Positions 14,271 to 26,200 of a stretch of DNA of 64,000 nt are shown in pieces. The stretch lies in NCBI GenBank assembly GCA_964016885.1, contig OZ024741.1:130696001-130760000 (forward strand), written 5' to 3'. This DNA is from Eledone cirrhosa (Eukaryota). The first letter of the stretch is position 1. Each line of letters opens with the position of its first letter. The translations under genes and the position numbers were made by a program. The notes beneath the pieces were generated by a model. It worked only from the letters and a program-made list of their open reading frames with translations, was not told the DNA's origin and did no database searches.

Positions 14271-14949
14271 CGTTGTCATTATTGTTGTTGTTGCTGTCGT
14301 CGTTGTTGTTGTTGTTATTGCCGTTGTTGTCGTTGTCATTATTGTTGTTGTTGCAGTCGTCGTTGTTATTGTGGTTATTGCCGTTGGTGTCGTTGTCATT
14401 ATTGTTGTTGTTGCTGTCATCGTTGTTATTGTTGTTATTGCCGTTGGTGTCGTTGTCATTATTGTTGTTGTTGCTGTCGTCGTTGTTATTGTTGTTATTG
14501 ACGTTGTTGTCATTGTCATTATTGTTGTTGTTGCTGTCGTCATTGTTATTGCCGTTGTTGTCGTTGTTATTTTTGTTATTGTTGCTGTCATCATTGTTAT
14601 TGTTGTTATTGCCGTTGGTGTCGTTGTCATTATTGTTGTTGTTGCTGTCGTTTTTGTTATTGTTGTTATTGCCGTTGTTGTCGTTGACATTATTGTTGTT
14701 GTTGCTGTCGTTTTTGTTATTGTTGTTATTGCCGTTGATGTCGTTGTCATTATTGTTGTTGTTGCTGTCATCGTTGTTATTGTTGTTATTCTCGTTGGTG
14801 TCGTTGTCATTATTGTTGTTGTTGCTGTCGTCATTGTTATTGTTGTTATTGCCGTTGTTGTCGTTGACATTATTGTTGTTGTTGCTGTCGTCATTGTTAT
14901 TGTTCTTATTGCCGTTGTTGTCGTTGTCATTATTGTTGTTGTTGCAGTC

Positions 14950-16170
14950 GTTTTTTTATTGTTGTTAGTGCCGTTGTTGTCGTTTAGTCTCATTTATTGT
15001 TGTTATTGCCGTGGTTGTCGTTGTCATTATTGTTGTTGATTGCGTGTCTTCGTTGTCATTATTGTTGTTGTTGCCGTTGTTGTCGTTTATTGTTGTTTGT
15101 CATTATTGTTGTTGTTCTGTCATTATTGTTGTTATTGCCGTTGTTGTCGTTTTTGTATTGTTGTTGATTGCCGTTGTCGTTTTTGTTATTGTTGTTATTG
15201 CCGTCGTTCGTTGTTATTGTTGTTATTGCCGTCGTTGTTGTTGTCATTATTGTTCTTGTTGCTGTCGTCGTTGTTATTGTTGTTATTGCCGTTGTTGTCA
15301 TTATTGTTGTTATTGCCGTTGTCATTATTGTTCTTGTTGCTGTCGTCGTCGTTGTTTATTGTTGTTATTGCGTTGTTGTTGTTGACATTATTGTTCTTGT
15401 TGCTGTCGTCGTTGTTATTGTTGTTATTGCCGTTATTGTCGTTGTCATTATGCTGTTATTGCCGTTGTTGTCGTTGTTATTGTTGTTTTTGCCGTTGTTG
15501 TCGTTGTCATTATTGTTGTTATTGTTGCTTGTCGTCGTTGTTATTGTGTGTATTGCCGTTGTTGTTGTTGTTGTCATTATTGTTGTTGTTGCTGTTGTTT
15601 TTGTTTGTCCCCCACCCCCGGTGGGGTCTCACCAGTCGTTGTCATTATTGTTGTTATTGCCGTTGTTGTCGTTGTTATTGTTGTTTGTTGTCGTTGTCAT
15701 TATTGTTGTTATTGTTGTTGCTGTAGTCGTTTGTTGTTGTCATTATTGTTGTTGTTGCTGTCGTTTTTGTTATTGTTGTTATTGCCGTTGTTGTCGTCAT
15801 TATTGTTGTTATTGCCGTTGTTGTCGTTGTTATTGTTGTAATTGCCGTTGTTGTCGTTGTCATTATTGTTGTTATTGTTGCTGTCGTCGTTGTTATTGTT
15901 GTTATTGCCGTTGTTGTTGTTGTTGTTGTCATTATTGTTGTTGTTGCTGTCGTTTTTGTTATTGTTGTTATTGCCGTTTGTCGTTGTCATTATTGTTGCT
16001 GTTGTTGCTGTCGTCGTCGTAATTGTTGTTATTGCCGTTGTTGTCGTTGTCATTATTGTTGTTGTTGCTGTCGTCATTGTTATTGCGTTATTGCCGTTGT
16101 GTTGTCGTTGTCATTATTGTTGTTGTTGCTGTCGTTTTTGTTATTGTTGTTATTGCCGTTGCTGTCGTCG
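14950..16170. other. Degenerate zone of the satellite with dense 1-2 bp indels
   Basis: Triplet phase breaks many times within 1.2 kb and ORF-track translations switch frame repeatedly, versus about one break per 2 kb elsewhere. Confidence 0.9.
15606..15634. other. Unique GC-rich non-satellite island tgtcccccacccccggtggggtctcacca with a 7-bp inverted repeat
   Basis: CCCCACC (15610-15616), CCC loop, GGTGGGG (15620-15626). These are the only C4+/G4 runs I saw in the window. Confidence 0.9.
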
Positions 16171-19100
16171 TACCTTATTGTTGTTGTTGCTGTCGTCATT
16201 GTTATTGTTGTTATTGCCGTTGTTGTCGTTATCATTATTGTTGTTGTTGCTGTCGTCGTTGTTATTGTTGTTATTGCTTTTGTTGTCGTTGTCATTATTG
16301 TTGTTGTTGCTGTCGTCATTGTTAATGTTGTTATTGCCGTTGTTGTCGTTGTCATTATTGTCCCTGTTGCTGTCGTCATTTTTATTGTTGTTATTGCCGT
16401 TGTTGTCGTTGTTATTATTGTTGTTGTTGCTGTCGTCGTTGTTATTGTTGTTATTGCCGTTGTTGTCGTTGTCATTATTGTTGTTGTTGCTGTCGTCATT
16501 GTTATTGTTGTTATTGCCGTTGTTGTTGTTGTTGTTGTCATTATTGTTGTTGTTGCTGTCGTCATTGTTATTGTTGTCATTGCCGTTGTTGTCGTTGTCA
16601 TTATTGTTGTTGTTGCTGTCTTCGTTGTTATTGTTGTTATTGCCGTTGTTGTCGTTGTCATTATTGTTGTTGTTGCTGTCGTCATTGTTATTGTTGTTAT
16701 TGCCGTTGTTGTCGTTGTTATTTTTGTTGTTGTTGCTGTCATCATTGTTATTGTTGTTATTGCCGTTGGTGTCGTTGTCATTATTGTTGTTGTTGCTGTC
16801 GTTTTTGTTATTGTTGTTATTTCCGTTGATGTCGTTGTCATTATTGTTGTTGTTGCTGTCATCGTTGTTATTGTTGTTATTCTCGTTGGTGTCGTTGTCA
16901 TTATTGTTGTTGTTGCTGTCGTCATTGTTATTGTTGTTATTGCCGTTGTTGTCGTTGTCATTATTGTTGTTGTTGCAGTCGTTTTTGTTATTGTTGTTAG
17001 TGCCGTTGTTGTCGTTATCATTACTGTTGTTGCTGTCGTCATTGTTATTGTTGTTATTGCCGTGGTTGTCGTTGTCATTATTGTTGTTATTGCTGTCGTT
17101 TTTGTTATTGTTGTTATTGACGTTGGTTTCGTTGTCATTATCGTTGTTGTTCTGTCATCGTTGTTATTGTTGTTATTGCCGTTGTTGTCGTTGTCATTAT
17201 TGTTGTTGTTGCTGTCGTTTTTGTTATTGTTGTTATTGCCGTTGTTGTCATTATTGTTGTTGTTGCTGTCGTTTTTGTTATTGTTGTTATTGCCGTTGTT
17301 GTCGTTGTTATTATTGTTGTTGTTGCAGTCGTCGTTGTTATTGTTGTTATTGCCGTTGTTGTTGTTGTCATTATTGTTCTTGTTGCTATCGTCGTTGTTA
17401 TTGTTGTTATTGCCGTTGTTGTCGTTGTCATTATTGTTGTTATTGCCGTTGTTGTCGTTGTTATTGTTGTTATTGCCGTTGTTGTCGTTGTCATTATTGT
17501 TGTTATTGTTGCTGTCGTCGTTGTTATTGTTGTTATTGCCGTTGTTGTTGTTGTTGTCATTATTGTTGTTGTTGCTGTCGTTTTTGTTATTGTTGTTATT
17601 GCCGTTGTTGTCGTTGTCATTATTGTTGTTATTGCCGTTGTTGTCGTTGTTATTGTTGTTATTGCTGTTGTTGTCGTTGTCATTATTGTTGTTATTGTTG
17701 CTGTCGTCGTTTTTATTGTTGTTATTGCCGTTGTTGTTGTTGTCATTATTGTTGTTGTTGCTGTCGTTTTTGTTATTGTTGTTATTGCCGTTGTTGTCGT
17801 TGTCATTATTGTTGTTATTGCCGTTGTTGTCGTTGTTATTGTTGTTATTGCCGTTGTTGTCGTTGTCATTATTGTTGTTATTGTTGCTGTCGTCGTTGTT
17901 ATTGTTGTTATTGCCGTTGTTGTTGTTGTTGTTGTTGTCATTATTGTTGTTGTTGCTGACGTTTTTGTTATTGTTGTTATTGCCGTTGTTGTCGTTGTCA
18001 TTATTGTTGCTGTTGTTGCTGTCGTCGTTGTAATTGTTGTTATTGCCGTTGTTGTCGTTGTCATTATTGTTGTTGTTGCTGTCGTCATTTTTATCGTTGT
18101 TATTGCCGTTGTTGTCGTTGTCATTATTGTTGTTGTTGCTGTCGTCGTTGTTATTGTTGTTATTGCGTTGTTGTCGTTGTCATTATTGTTGTTGTTGCTG
18201 TCGTCATTGTTATTGTTGTTATTGCCGTTGTTGTCGTTGTCATTATTGTTCCTGTTGCTGTCGTCATTTTCATCGTTGTTATTGCCGTTGTTGTCGTTGT
18301 CATTATTGTTCCTGTTGCTGTCGTCATTTTTATCGTTGTTATTGCCGTTGTTGTCGTTGTCATTATTGTTGTTGTTGCTGTCGTCGTTGTTATTGTTGTT
18401 ATTGCCATTGTTGTCGTTGTCATTATTGTTGTTGTTGCTGTCGTCATTGTTATCGTTGTTATTGCCGTTGTTGTCATTGTCATTATTGTTGTTGTTGCTG
18501 TCATCATTGTTATTGTTGTTATTGCCGTTGTTGTCGTTGTCATTATTGTTGTTGTTGCTGTCGTCATTGTTATCGTTGTTATTGCCATTGTTGTCGTTGT
18601 CATTATTGTTGTTGTTGCTGTCGTCATTGTTATCGTTGTTATTGCCATTGTTGTCGTTGTCATTATTGTTGTTGTTGCTGTCATCATTGTTATTGTTGTT
18701 ATTGCCGTTGTTGTCGTTGTCATTATTGTTGTAGTTGCTGTCGTCATTGTTATTGTTGTTATTGCCGTTGTTGTCGTTGTCATTATTGTTGTTGTTGTTG
18801 CTGTCGTCATTGTTATTATTGTTATTGCCGTTGTTGTCGATGTCATTATTGTTGTTGTTGCTGTCGTCGTTGTTATTGTTGTTATTGCCGTTGTTGTCGT
18901 TGTCATTATTGTTGTTGTTGCTGTCGTCATTGTTATTGTTGTTATTGCCGTTGTTGTCGTTGTCATTATTGTTGTAGTTGCTGTCGTCGTTGTTATTTTT
19001 GTTATTGCCGTTGTTGTCGTTGTCATTATTGTTGTTGTTGCTGTCATCATTGTTATTGTTGTTATTGCCGTTGTTGTCGTTGTCATTATTGTTGTTGTTG

Positions 19101-22100
19101 CTGTCGTCATTGTTATTGTTGTTATTGCCGTTGTTGTCGTTGTCATTATTGTTGTTGTTGCTGTCGTCGTTGTTATTGTTGTTATTGCCGTTGTTGTCGT
19201 TGTCATTATTGTTGTTTTTGCTGTCGTCGTTGTTATCGTTGTTATTGCCGTTGTTGTCGTTGTCATTAATGTTGTTGTTGCTGTCGTCGTTGTTATTGTT
19301 GTTATTGCCGTTGTTGTCGTTGTCATTATTGTTGTTGTTGCTGTCGTCGTTTTTATTGTTGTTATTGCAGTTGTTGTCGTTGTCATTATTGTTGTTGTTG
19401 CTGTCGTCGTTGTTATTGTTGTTATTGCCGTTGTTGTCGCTGTCATTATTGTTGTTGTTGCTGTCGTCATTGTTATTGTTGTTATTGCCGTTGTTGTCGT
19501 TGACATTATTTTTGTTGTTGCTGTCGTCATTGTTATTGTTGTTATTGCCGTTGTTGTCGTTGTCATTATTGTTGTTGTTGCTGTCGTCGTTGTTATTGTT
19601 GTTATTGCCGTTGTTGTCATTATTGTTGTTGTTGCTGTCGTCGTTGTTATTGATGTTATTGCCGTTGTTGTGGTTGTCATTATTGTTGTTGTTGCTGTCA
19701 TCGTTGTTATTGTTGTTATTGCCGTTGTTGTCGTTGTCATTATTGTTGTTGTTGTTGTCGTTATTGTTGTTGTTGTTGCTGTCGTCATTGTTATTGTTGT
19801 TATTGCCGTTGTTGTCATTGTCATTATTGTTGTTGTTGCTGTCATCATTGTTATTGTTGTTATTGCCGTTGTTGTCGTTGTCATTATTGTTGTTGTTGCT
19901 GTCGTCATTGTTATTGTTGTTATTGCCGTTGTTGTCATTGTCATTATTGTTGTTGTTGCTGTCATCATTGTTATTGTTGTTATTGCCGTTGTTGTCATTG
20001 TCATTATTGTTGTTGTTGCTGTCATCATTGTTATTGTTGTTATTGCCGTTGTTGTCGTTGTCATTATTGTTGTTGTTGCTGTCGTCGTTGTTATCGTTGT
20101 TATTGCCATTGTTGTCGTTGTCATTATTGTTGTTGTTGCTGTCGTCATTGTTATTGTTGTTATTGCCGTTGTTGTCGTTGTCATTATTGTTGTGTTGTTG
20201 CTGTCGTCATTGTTATTGTTGTTATTGCGGTTGTTGTCATTGTCATTATTGTTGTTGTTGTTGCTGTCGTCATTGTTATTGTTGTTATTGCCGTTGTTGT
20301 TGTTGTTGTTGCTGTCGTCATTGTTATTTTTGTTATTGCCGTTGTTGTCGTTATTATTGTTGTTGTTGCTGTCGTCATTGTTATTGTTGTTATTGCCGTT
20401 GTTGTCGTTGTCATTATTGTTGTTGTTGTTGCTGTCGTCATTGTTATTGTTGTTATTGTCGTTGTTGTCGTTGTTATTTTTGTTGTTGTTGCTGTCGTTT
20501 TTGTTATTGTTGTTATTGCCGTTGATGTCGTTGTCATTATTGTTGTTGTTGCTGTCATCGTTGTTATTGTTGTTATTCTCGTTGGTGTCGTTGTCATTAT
20601 TGTTGTTGTTGCTGTCGTCATTGTTATTGTTGTTATTGCCGTTGTTGTCGTTGTCATTATTGTTGTTGTTGCAGTCGTTTTTGTTATTGTTGTTAGTGCC
20701 GTTGTTGTCGTTATCATTATTGTTGTTGCTGTCGTCATTGTTATTGTTGTTATTGCCGTGGTTGTCGTTGTCATTATTGTTGTTGTTGCTGTCGTTTTTG
20801 TTATTGTTGTTATTGACGTTGGTGTCGTTGTCATTATCGTTGTTGTTCTGTCATCGTTGTTATTGTTGTTATTGCCGTTGTTGTCGTTGTCATTATTGTT
20901 GTTGTTGCTGTCGTTTTTGTTATTGTTGTTATTGCCGTTGTTGTCGTTGTTATTATTGTTGTTGTTGCAGTCGTCGTTGTTATTGTTGTTATTGCCGTCG
21001 TTGTTGTTGTCATTATTGTTCTTGTCGCTGTCGTCGTTGTTATTGTTGTTATTGCCGTTGTTGTCATTATTGTTGTTATTGCCGTTGTTGTCGTTGTTAT
21101 TGTTGTTATTGCCGTTGTTGTCGTTGTCATTATTGTTCTTGTTGCTGTCGTCGTCGTTGTTATTGTTGTTATTGCCGTTGTTGTTGTTGTCATTATTGTT
21201 CTTGTTGCTATCGTCGTTGTTATTGTTGTTATTGCCGTTGTTGTCGTTGTCATTATTGTTGTTATTGTCGTTGTTATTGTTGTTATTGCCGTTGTTGTCG
21301 TTGTCATTATTGTTGTTATTGTTGCTGTCGTCGTTATTATTGTTGTTATTGCCGTTGTTGTTGTTGTTGTCATTATTGTTGTTGTTGCTGTCGTTTTTGT
21401 TATTGTTGTTATTGCCGTTGTTGTCGTTGTCATTATTGTTGTTATTGCCGTTGTTGTCGTTGTTATTGTTGTTATTGCTGTTGTTGTCGTTGTCATTATT
21501 GTTGTTATTGTTGCTGTCGTCGTTTTTATTGTTGTTATTGCCGTTGTTGTTGTTGTCATTATTGTTGTTGTTGCTGTCGTTTTTGTTATTGTTGTTATTG
21601 CCGTTGTTGTCGTTGTCATTATTGTTGTTATTGCCGTTGTTGTCGTTGTTATTGTTGTTATTGCCGTTGTTGTCGTTGTCATTATTGTTGTTATTGTTGC
21701 TGTCGTCGTTGTTATTGTTGTTATTGCCGTTGTTGTTGTTGTTGTTGTTGTCATTATTGTTGTTGTTGCTGACGTTTTTGTTATTGTTGTTATTGCCGTT
21801 GTTGTCGTTGTCATTATTGTTGCTGTTGTTGCTGTCGTCGTTGTAATTGTTGTTATTGCCGTTGTTGTCGTTGTCATTATTGTTGTTGTTGCTGTCATCA
21901 TTGTTATTGTTGTTATTGCCGTTGCTGTCGTTGTCATTATTGTTGTTGTTGCTCTCGTCATTGTTATTGTTGTTATTGCCGTTGTTGTCGTTATCATTAT
22001 TGTTGTTGTTGCTGTCGTCGTTGTTATTGTTGTTATTGCCGTTGTTGTCGTTGTCATTATTGTTGTTGTTGCTGTCGTCATTGTTATTGTTGTTATTGCC

Positions 22101-23279
22101 GTTGTTGTCGTTGTCATTATTGTTCCTGTTGCTGTCGTCATTTTTATCGTTGTTATTGCCGTTGTTGTCGTTGTCATTATTGTTGTTGTTGCTGTCGTCG
22201 TTGTTATTGTTGTTATTGCGTTGTTGTCGTTGTCATTATTGTTGTTGTTGCTGTCGTCATTGTTATTGTTGTTATTGCCGTTGTTGTCGTTGTCATTATT
22301 GTTCCTGTTGCTGTCGTCATTTTTATCGTTGTTATTGCCGTTGTTGTCGTTGTCATTATTGTTCCTGTTGCTGTCGTCATTTTTATCGTTGTTATTGCCG
22401 TTGTTGTCGTTGTCATTATTGTTGTTGTTGCTGTCGTCGTTGTTATTGTTGTTATTGCCGTTGTTGTCGTTGTCATTATTGTTGTTGTTGCTGTCGTCGT
22501 TGTTATTGTTGTTATTGCCATTGTTGTCGTTGTCATTATTGTTGTTGTTGCTGTCGTCATTGTTATCGTTGTTATTGCCGTTGTTGTCATTGTCATTATT
22601 GTTGTTGTTGCTGTCATCATTGTTATTGTTGTTATTGCCGTTGTTGTCGTTGTCATTATTGTTGTTGTTGCTGTCGTCATTGTTATCGTTGTTATTGCCA
22701 TTGTTGTCGTTGTCATTATTGTTGTTGTTGCTGTCGTCATTGTTATCGTTGTTATTGCCATTGTTGTCGTTGTCATTATTGTTGTTGTTGCTGTCATCAT
22801 TGTTATTGTTGTTATTGCCGTTGTTGTCGTTGTCATTATTGTTGTAGATGCTGTCGTCATTGTTATTGTTGTTATTGCCGTTGTTGTCGTTGTCATTATT
22901 GTTGTTGTTGTTGCTGTCGTCATTGTTATTATTGTTATTGCCGTTGTTGTCGATGTCATTATTGTTGTTGTTGCTGTCGTCGTTGTTATTGTTGTTATTG
23001 CCGTTGTTGTCGTTGTCATTATTGTTGTAGTTGCTGTCGTCGTTGTTATTTTTGTTATTGCCGTTGTTGTCGTTGTCATTATTGTTGTTGTTGCTGTCGT
23101 CGTTGTTATCGTTGTTATTGCCGTTGTTGTCGTTGTCATTAATGTTGTTGTTGCTGTCGTCGTTGTTATTGTTGTTATTGCCGTTGTTGTCGTTGTCATT
23201 ATTGTTGTTGTTGCTGTCGTCGTTTTTATTGTTGTTATTGCAGTTGTTGTCGTTGTCATTATTGTTGTTGTTGCTGTCG

Positions 23280-26200
23280 TCGTTGTTATTGTTGTTATTG
23301 CCGTTGTTGTCGCTGTCATTATTGTTGTTGTTGCTGTCGTCATTGTTATTGTTGTTATTGCCGTTGTTGTCGTTGACATTATTTTTGTTGTTGCTGTCGT
23401 CATTGTTATTGTTGTTATTGCCGTTGTTGTCGTTGTCATTATTGTTGTTGTTGCTGTCGTCGTTGTTATTGTTGTTATTGCCGTTGTTGTCATTATTGTT
23501 GTTGTTGCTGTCGTCATTGTTATTGTTGTTATTGCCGTTGTTGTCGTTGTCATTATTGTTGTTGTTGCTGTCGTCGTTGTTATTGTTGTTATTGCCGTTG
23601 TTGTCATTATTGTTGTTGTTGCTGTCGTCGTTGTTATTGTTGTTATTGCCGTTGTTGTCATTATTTTTGTTGTTGCTGTCGTCGTTGTTATTGATGTTAT
23701 TGCCGTTGTTGTGGTTGTCATTATTGTTGTTGTTGCTGTCATCGTTGTTATTGTTGTTATTGCCGTTGTTGTCGTTGTCATTATTGTTGTTGTTGCTGTC
23801 GTCGTTGTTATTGTTGTTATTGCCGGTGTTGTCGTTGTCATTATTGTTGTTGTTGCTGTCATCGTTGTTATTGATGTTATTGCCGTTGTTGTCGTTGTCA
23901 TTATTGTTGTTGTTGTTGTCGTTATTGTTGTTGTTGTTGCTGTCGTCATTGTTATTGTTGTTATTGCCGTTGTTGTCGTTGTCATTATTGTTGTTGTTGC
24001 TGTCGTCGTTGTTATTGTTATTGCCGTTGTTGTCGTTGTTATTGTTGTTGTTGTATCTGTCGTCGTTGTTATTGTTGTTATTGCCGTTGTTGTCATTGTC
24101 GTTATTGTTGTTGTTGCTGTCATCATTGTTATTGTTGTTATTGCCGTTGTTGTCGTTGTCATTATTATTGTTGTTGCTGTCGTCATTGTTATTGTTGTCA
24201 TTGCCGTTGTTGTCGTTGTCATTATTGTTGTTGTTGCTGTCGTCATTGTTATTGTTGTTATTGCCTTTGTTGCCATTGTCATTATTGTTGTTGTTGCTGT
24301 CATCATTGTTATTGTTGTTATTGCCGTTGTTGTCATTGTCATTATTGTTGTTGTTGCTGTCATCATTGTTATTGTTGTTATTGCCGTTGTTGTCGTTGTC
24401 ATTATTGTTGTTGTTGCTGTCGTCGTTGTTATCGTTGTTATTGCCATTGTTGTCGTTGTCATTATTGTTGTTGTTGCTGTCGTCATTGTTATTGTTGTTA
24501 TTGCCGTTGTTGTCGTTGTCATTATTGTTGTGTTGTTGCTGTCGTCATTGTTATTGTTGTTATTGCGGTTGTTGTCATTGTCATTATTGTTGTTGTTGTT
24601 GCTGTCGTCATTGTTATTGTTGTTATTGCCGTTGTTGTCGTTGTCATTATTGTTGTTGTTGCTGTCGTCATTGTTATTGTTGTTATTGCCGTTGTTGTCG
24701 TTATTATTGTTGTTGTTGCTGTCGTCATTGTTATTGTTGTTATTGCCGTTGTTGTCGTTGTCATTATTGTTGTTGTTGTTGCTGTCGTCATTGTTATTGT
24801 TGTTATTACCGTCGTTGTCGTTGTTATTATTGTTGTTGTTGCTGTTGTCATTGTTATTGTTGTTATTGCCGTTGTTGTCGTTGTCATTATTGTTGTTGTT
24901 GTTGTGTCATCATTGTTATTGTTGTTATTGCCGTTGTTGTCATTGTTATTATTGTTGTTGTTGTTGTCGTCATTGTTATTGTTGTTATTGCCGTTGTTGT
25001 CGTTGTCATTATTATTGTTGTTGTTTTCGTTGTTATTGTTGTTATTGCCGTTGTTGTCGTTGTCATTATTGTTGTTGTTGTTGTCGTCGTTGTTATTGTT
25101 GTTATTGCCGTTGTTGTCGTTGTCATTATTGTTGTTGTTGCTGTCGTCTTTGTTATTGTTGTTATTGCCGTTGTTGTCGTTGTCATTATTGTTGTTGTTG
25201 TTGTCGTCGTTGTTATTGTTGTTATTGCCGTTGTTGTCGTTGTCATTATTGTTGTTGTTGCTGTCGTCGTTGTTATTGTTGTTATTGCCGTTGTTGTCAT
25301 TGTAATTATTGTTGTTGTTGCTGTCATCATTGTCATCGTTGTTATTGCCGTTGTTGTCATTGTCATTATTGTTGTTGTTGCTGTCATCATTGTTATCGTT
25401 GTTATTGCCGTTGTTGTCGTTGTCATTATTGTTGTAGTTGCTGTCGTCATTGTTATCGTTGTTATTGCCATTGTTGTCGTTGTCATTATTGTTGTTGTTG
25501 CTGTCGTCATTGTTATTGTTGTTATTGCCGTTATCGTCATTGTCATTATTGTTGTTGTTGCTGTCATCATTGTTATTGTTGTTATTGCCGTTGTTGTCGT
25601 TGTCATTATTGTTGTTGTTGCTGTCGTCATTGTTATTGTTGTTATTGCGGTTGTTGTCATTGTCATTATTGTTGTTGTTGCTGTCATCATTGTTATTGTT
25701 GATATTGCCGTTGTTGTCGTTGTCATTATTGTTGTAGTTGCTGTCGTCATTGTTATTGTTGTTATTGCCGTTGTTGTCGTTGTCATTATTGTTGTTGTTG
25801 CTGTCGTCGTTGTTATTGTTGTTATTGCCGTTGTTGTCGCTGTCATTATTGTTGTTGTTGCTGTCGTCATTGTTATTTTTGTTATTGCCGTTGTTGTCGT
25901 TGACATTATTTTTGTTGTTGCTGTCGTCATTGTTATTGTTGTTATTGCCGTTGTTGTCGTTGTCATTATTGTTGTTGTTGCTGTCGTCGTTGTTATTGTT
26001 GTTATTGCCGTTGTTGTCATTATTGTTGTTGTTGCTGTCGTCATTGTTATTGTTGTTATTGCCGTTGTTGTCGTTGTCATTATTGTTGTTGTTGCTGTCG
26101 TCGTTGTTATTGTTGTTATTGCCGTTGTTGTCATTATTGTTGTTGTTGCTGTCGTCGTTGTTATTGTTGTTATTGCCGTTGTTGTCATTATTTTTGTTGT

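Larger units (their letters stand above)
14560..24530. repeat. Multi-kb higher-order block in three copies (partial/degraded ~14560-16400; ~16720-20190; ~20475-24530)
   Basis: Ordered markers: gttAGTgcc 14967/16999/20695; gccGTGg 15011/17062/20758; gttctgtc lesion ~15115/17151/20847; gtaatt ~16022/18033/21846; attgcgttg ~18166/22219; attaat 19269/23142. Confidence 0.85.

Noticed and set aside
15625-15630. BsaI site GGTCTC in the island as evidence of a synthetic construct
   Set aside because: It is a single 6-mer with no other recognisable vector or adapter sequence, so chance is sufficient.
15606-15634. Island as a transposon/MITE or intrinsic terminator
   Set aside because: It is too short, has no target-site duplication and replaces rather than inserts. 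It has no adjacent poly-T tract and no upstream gene.
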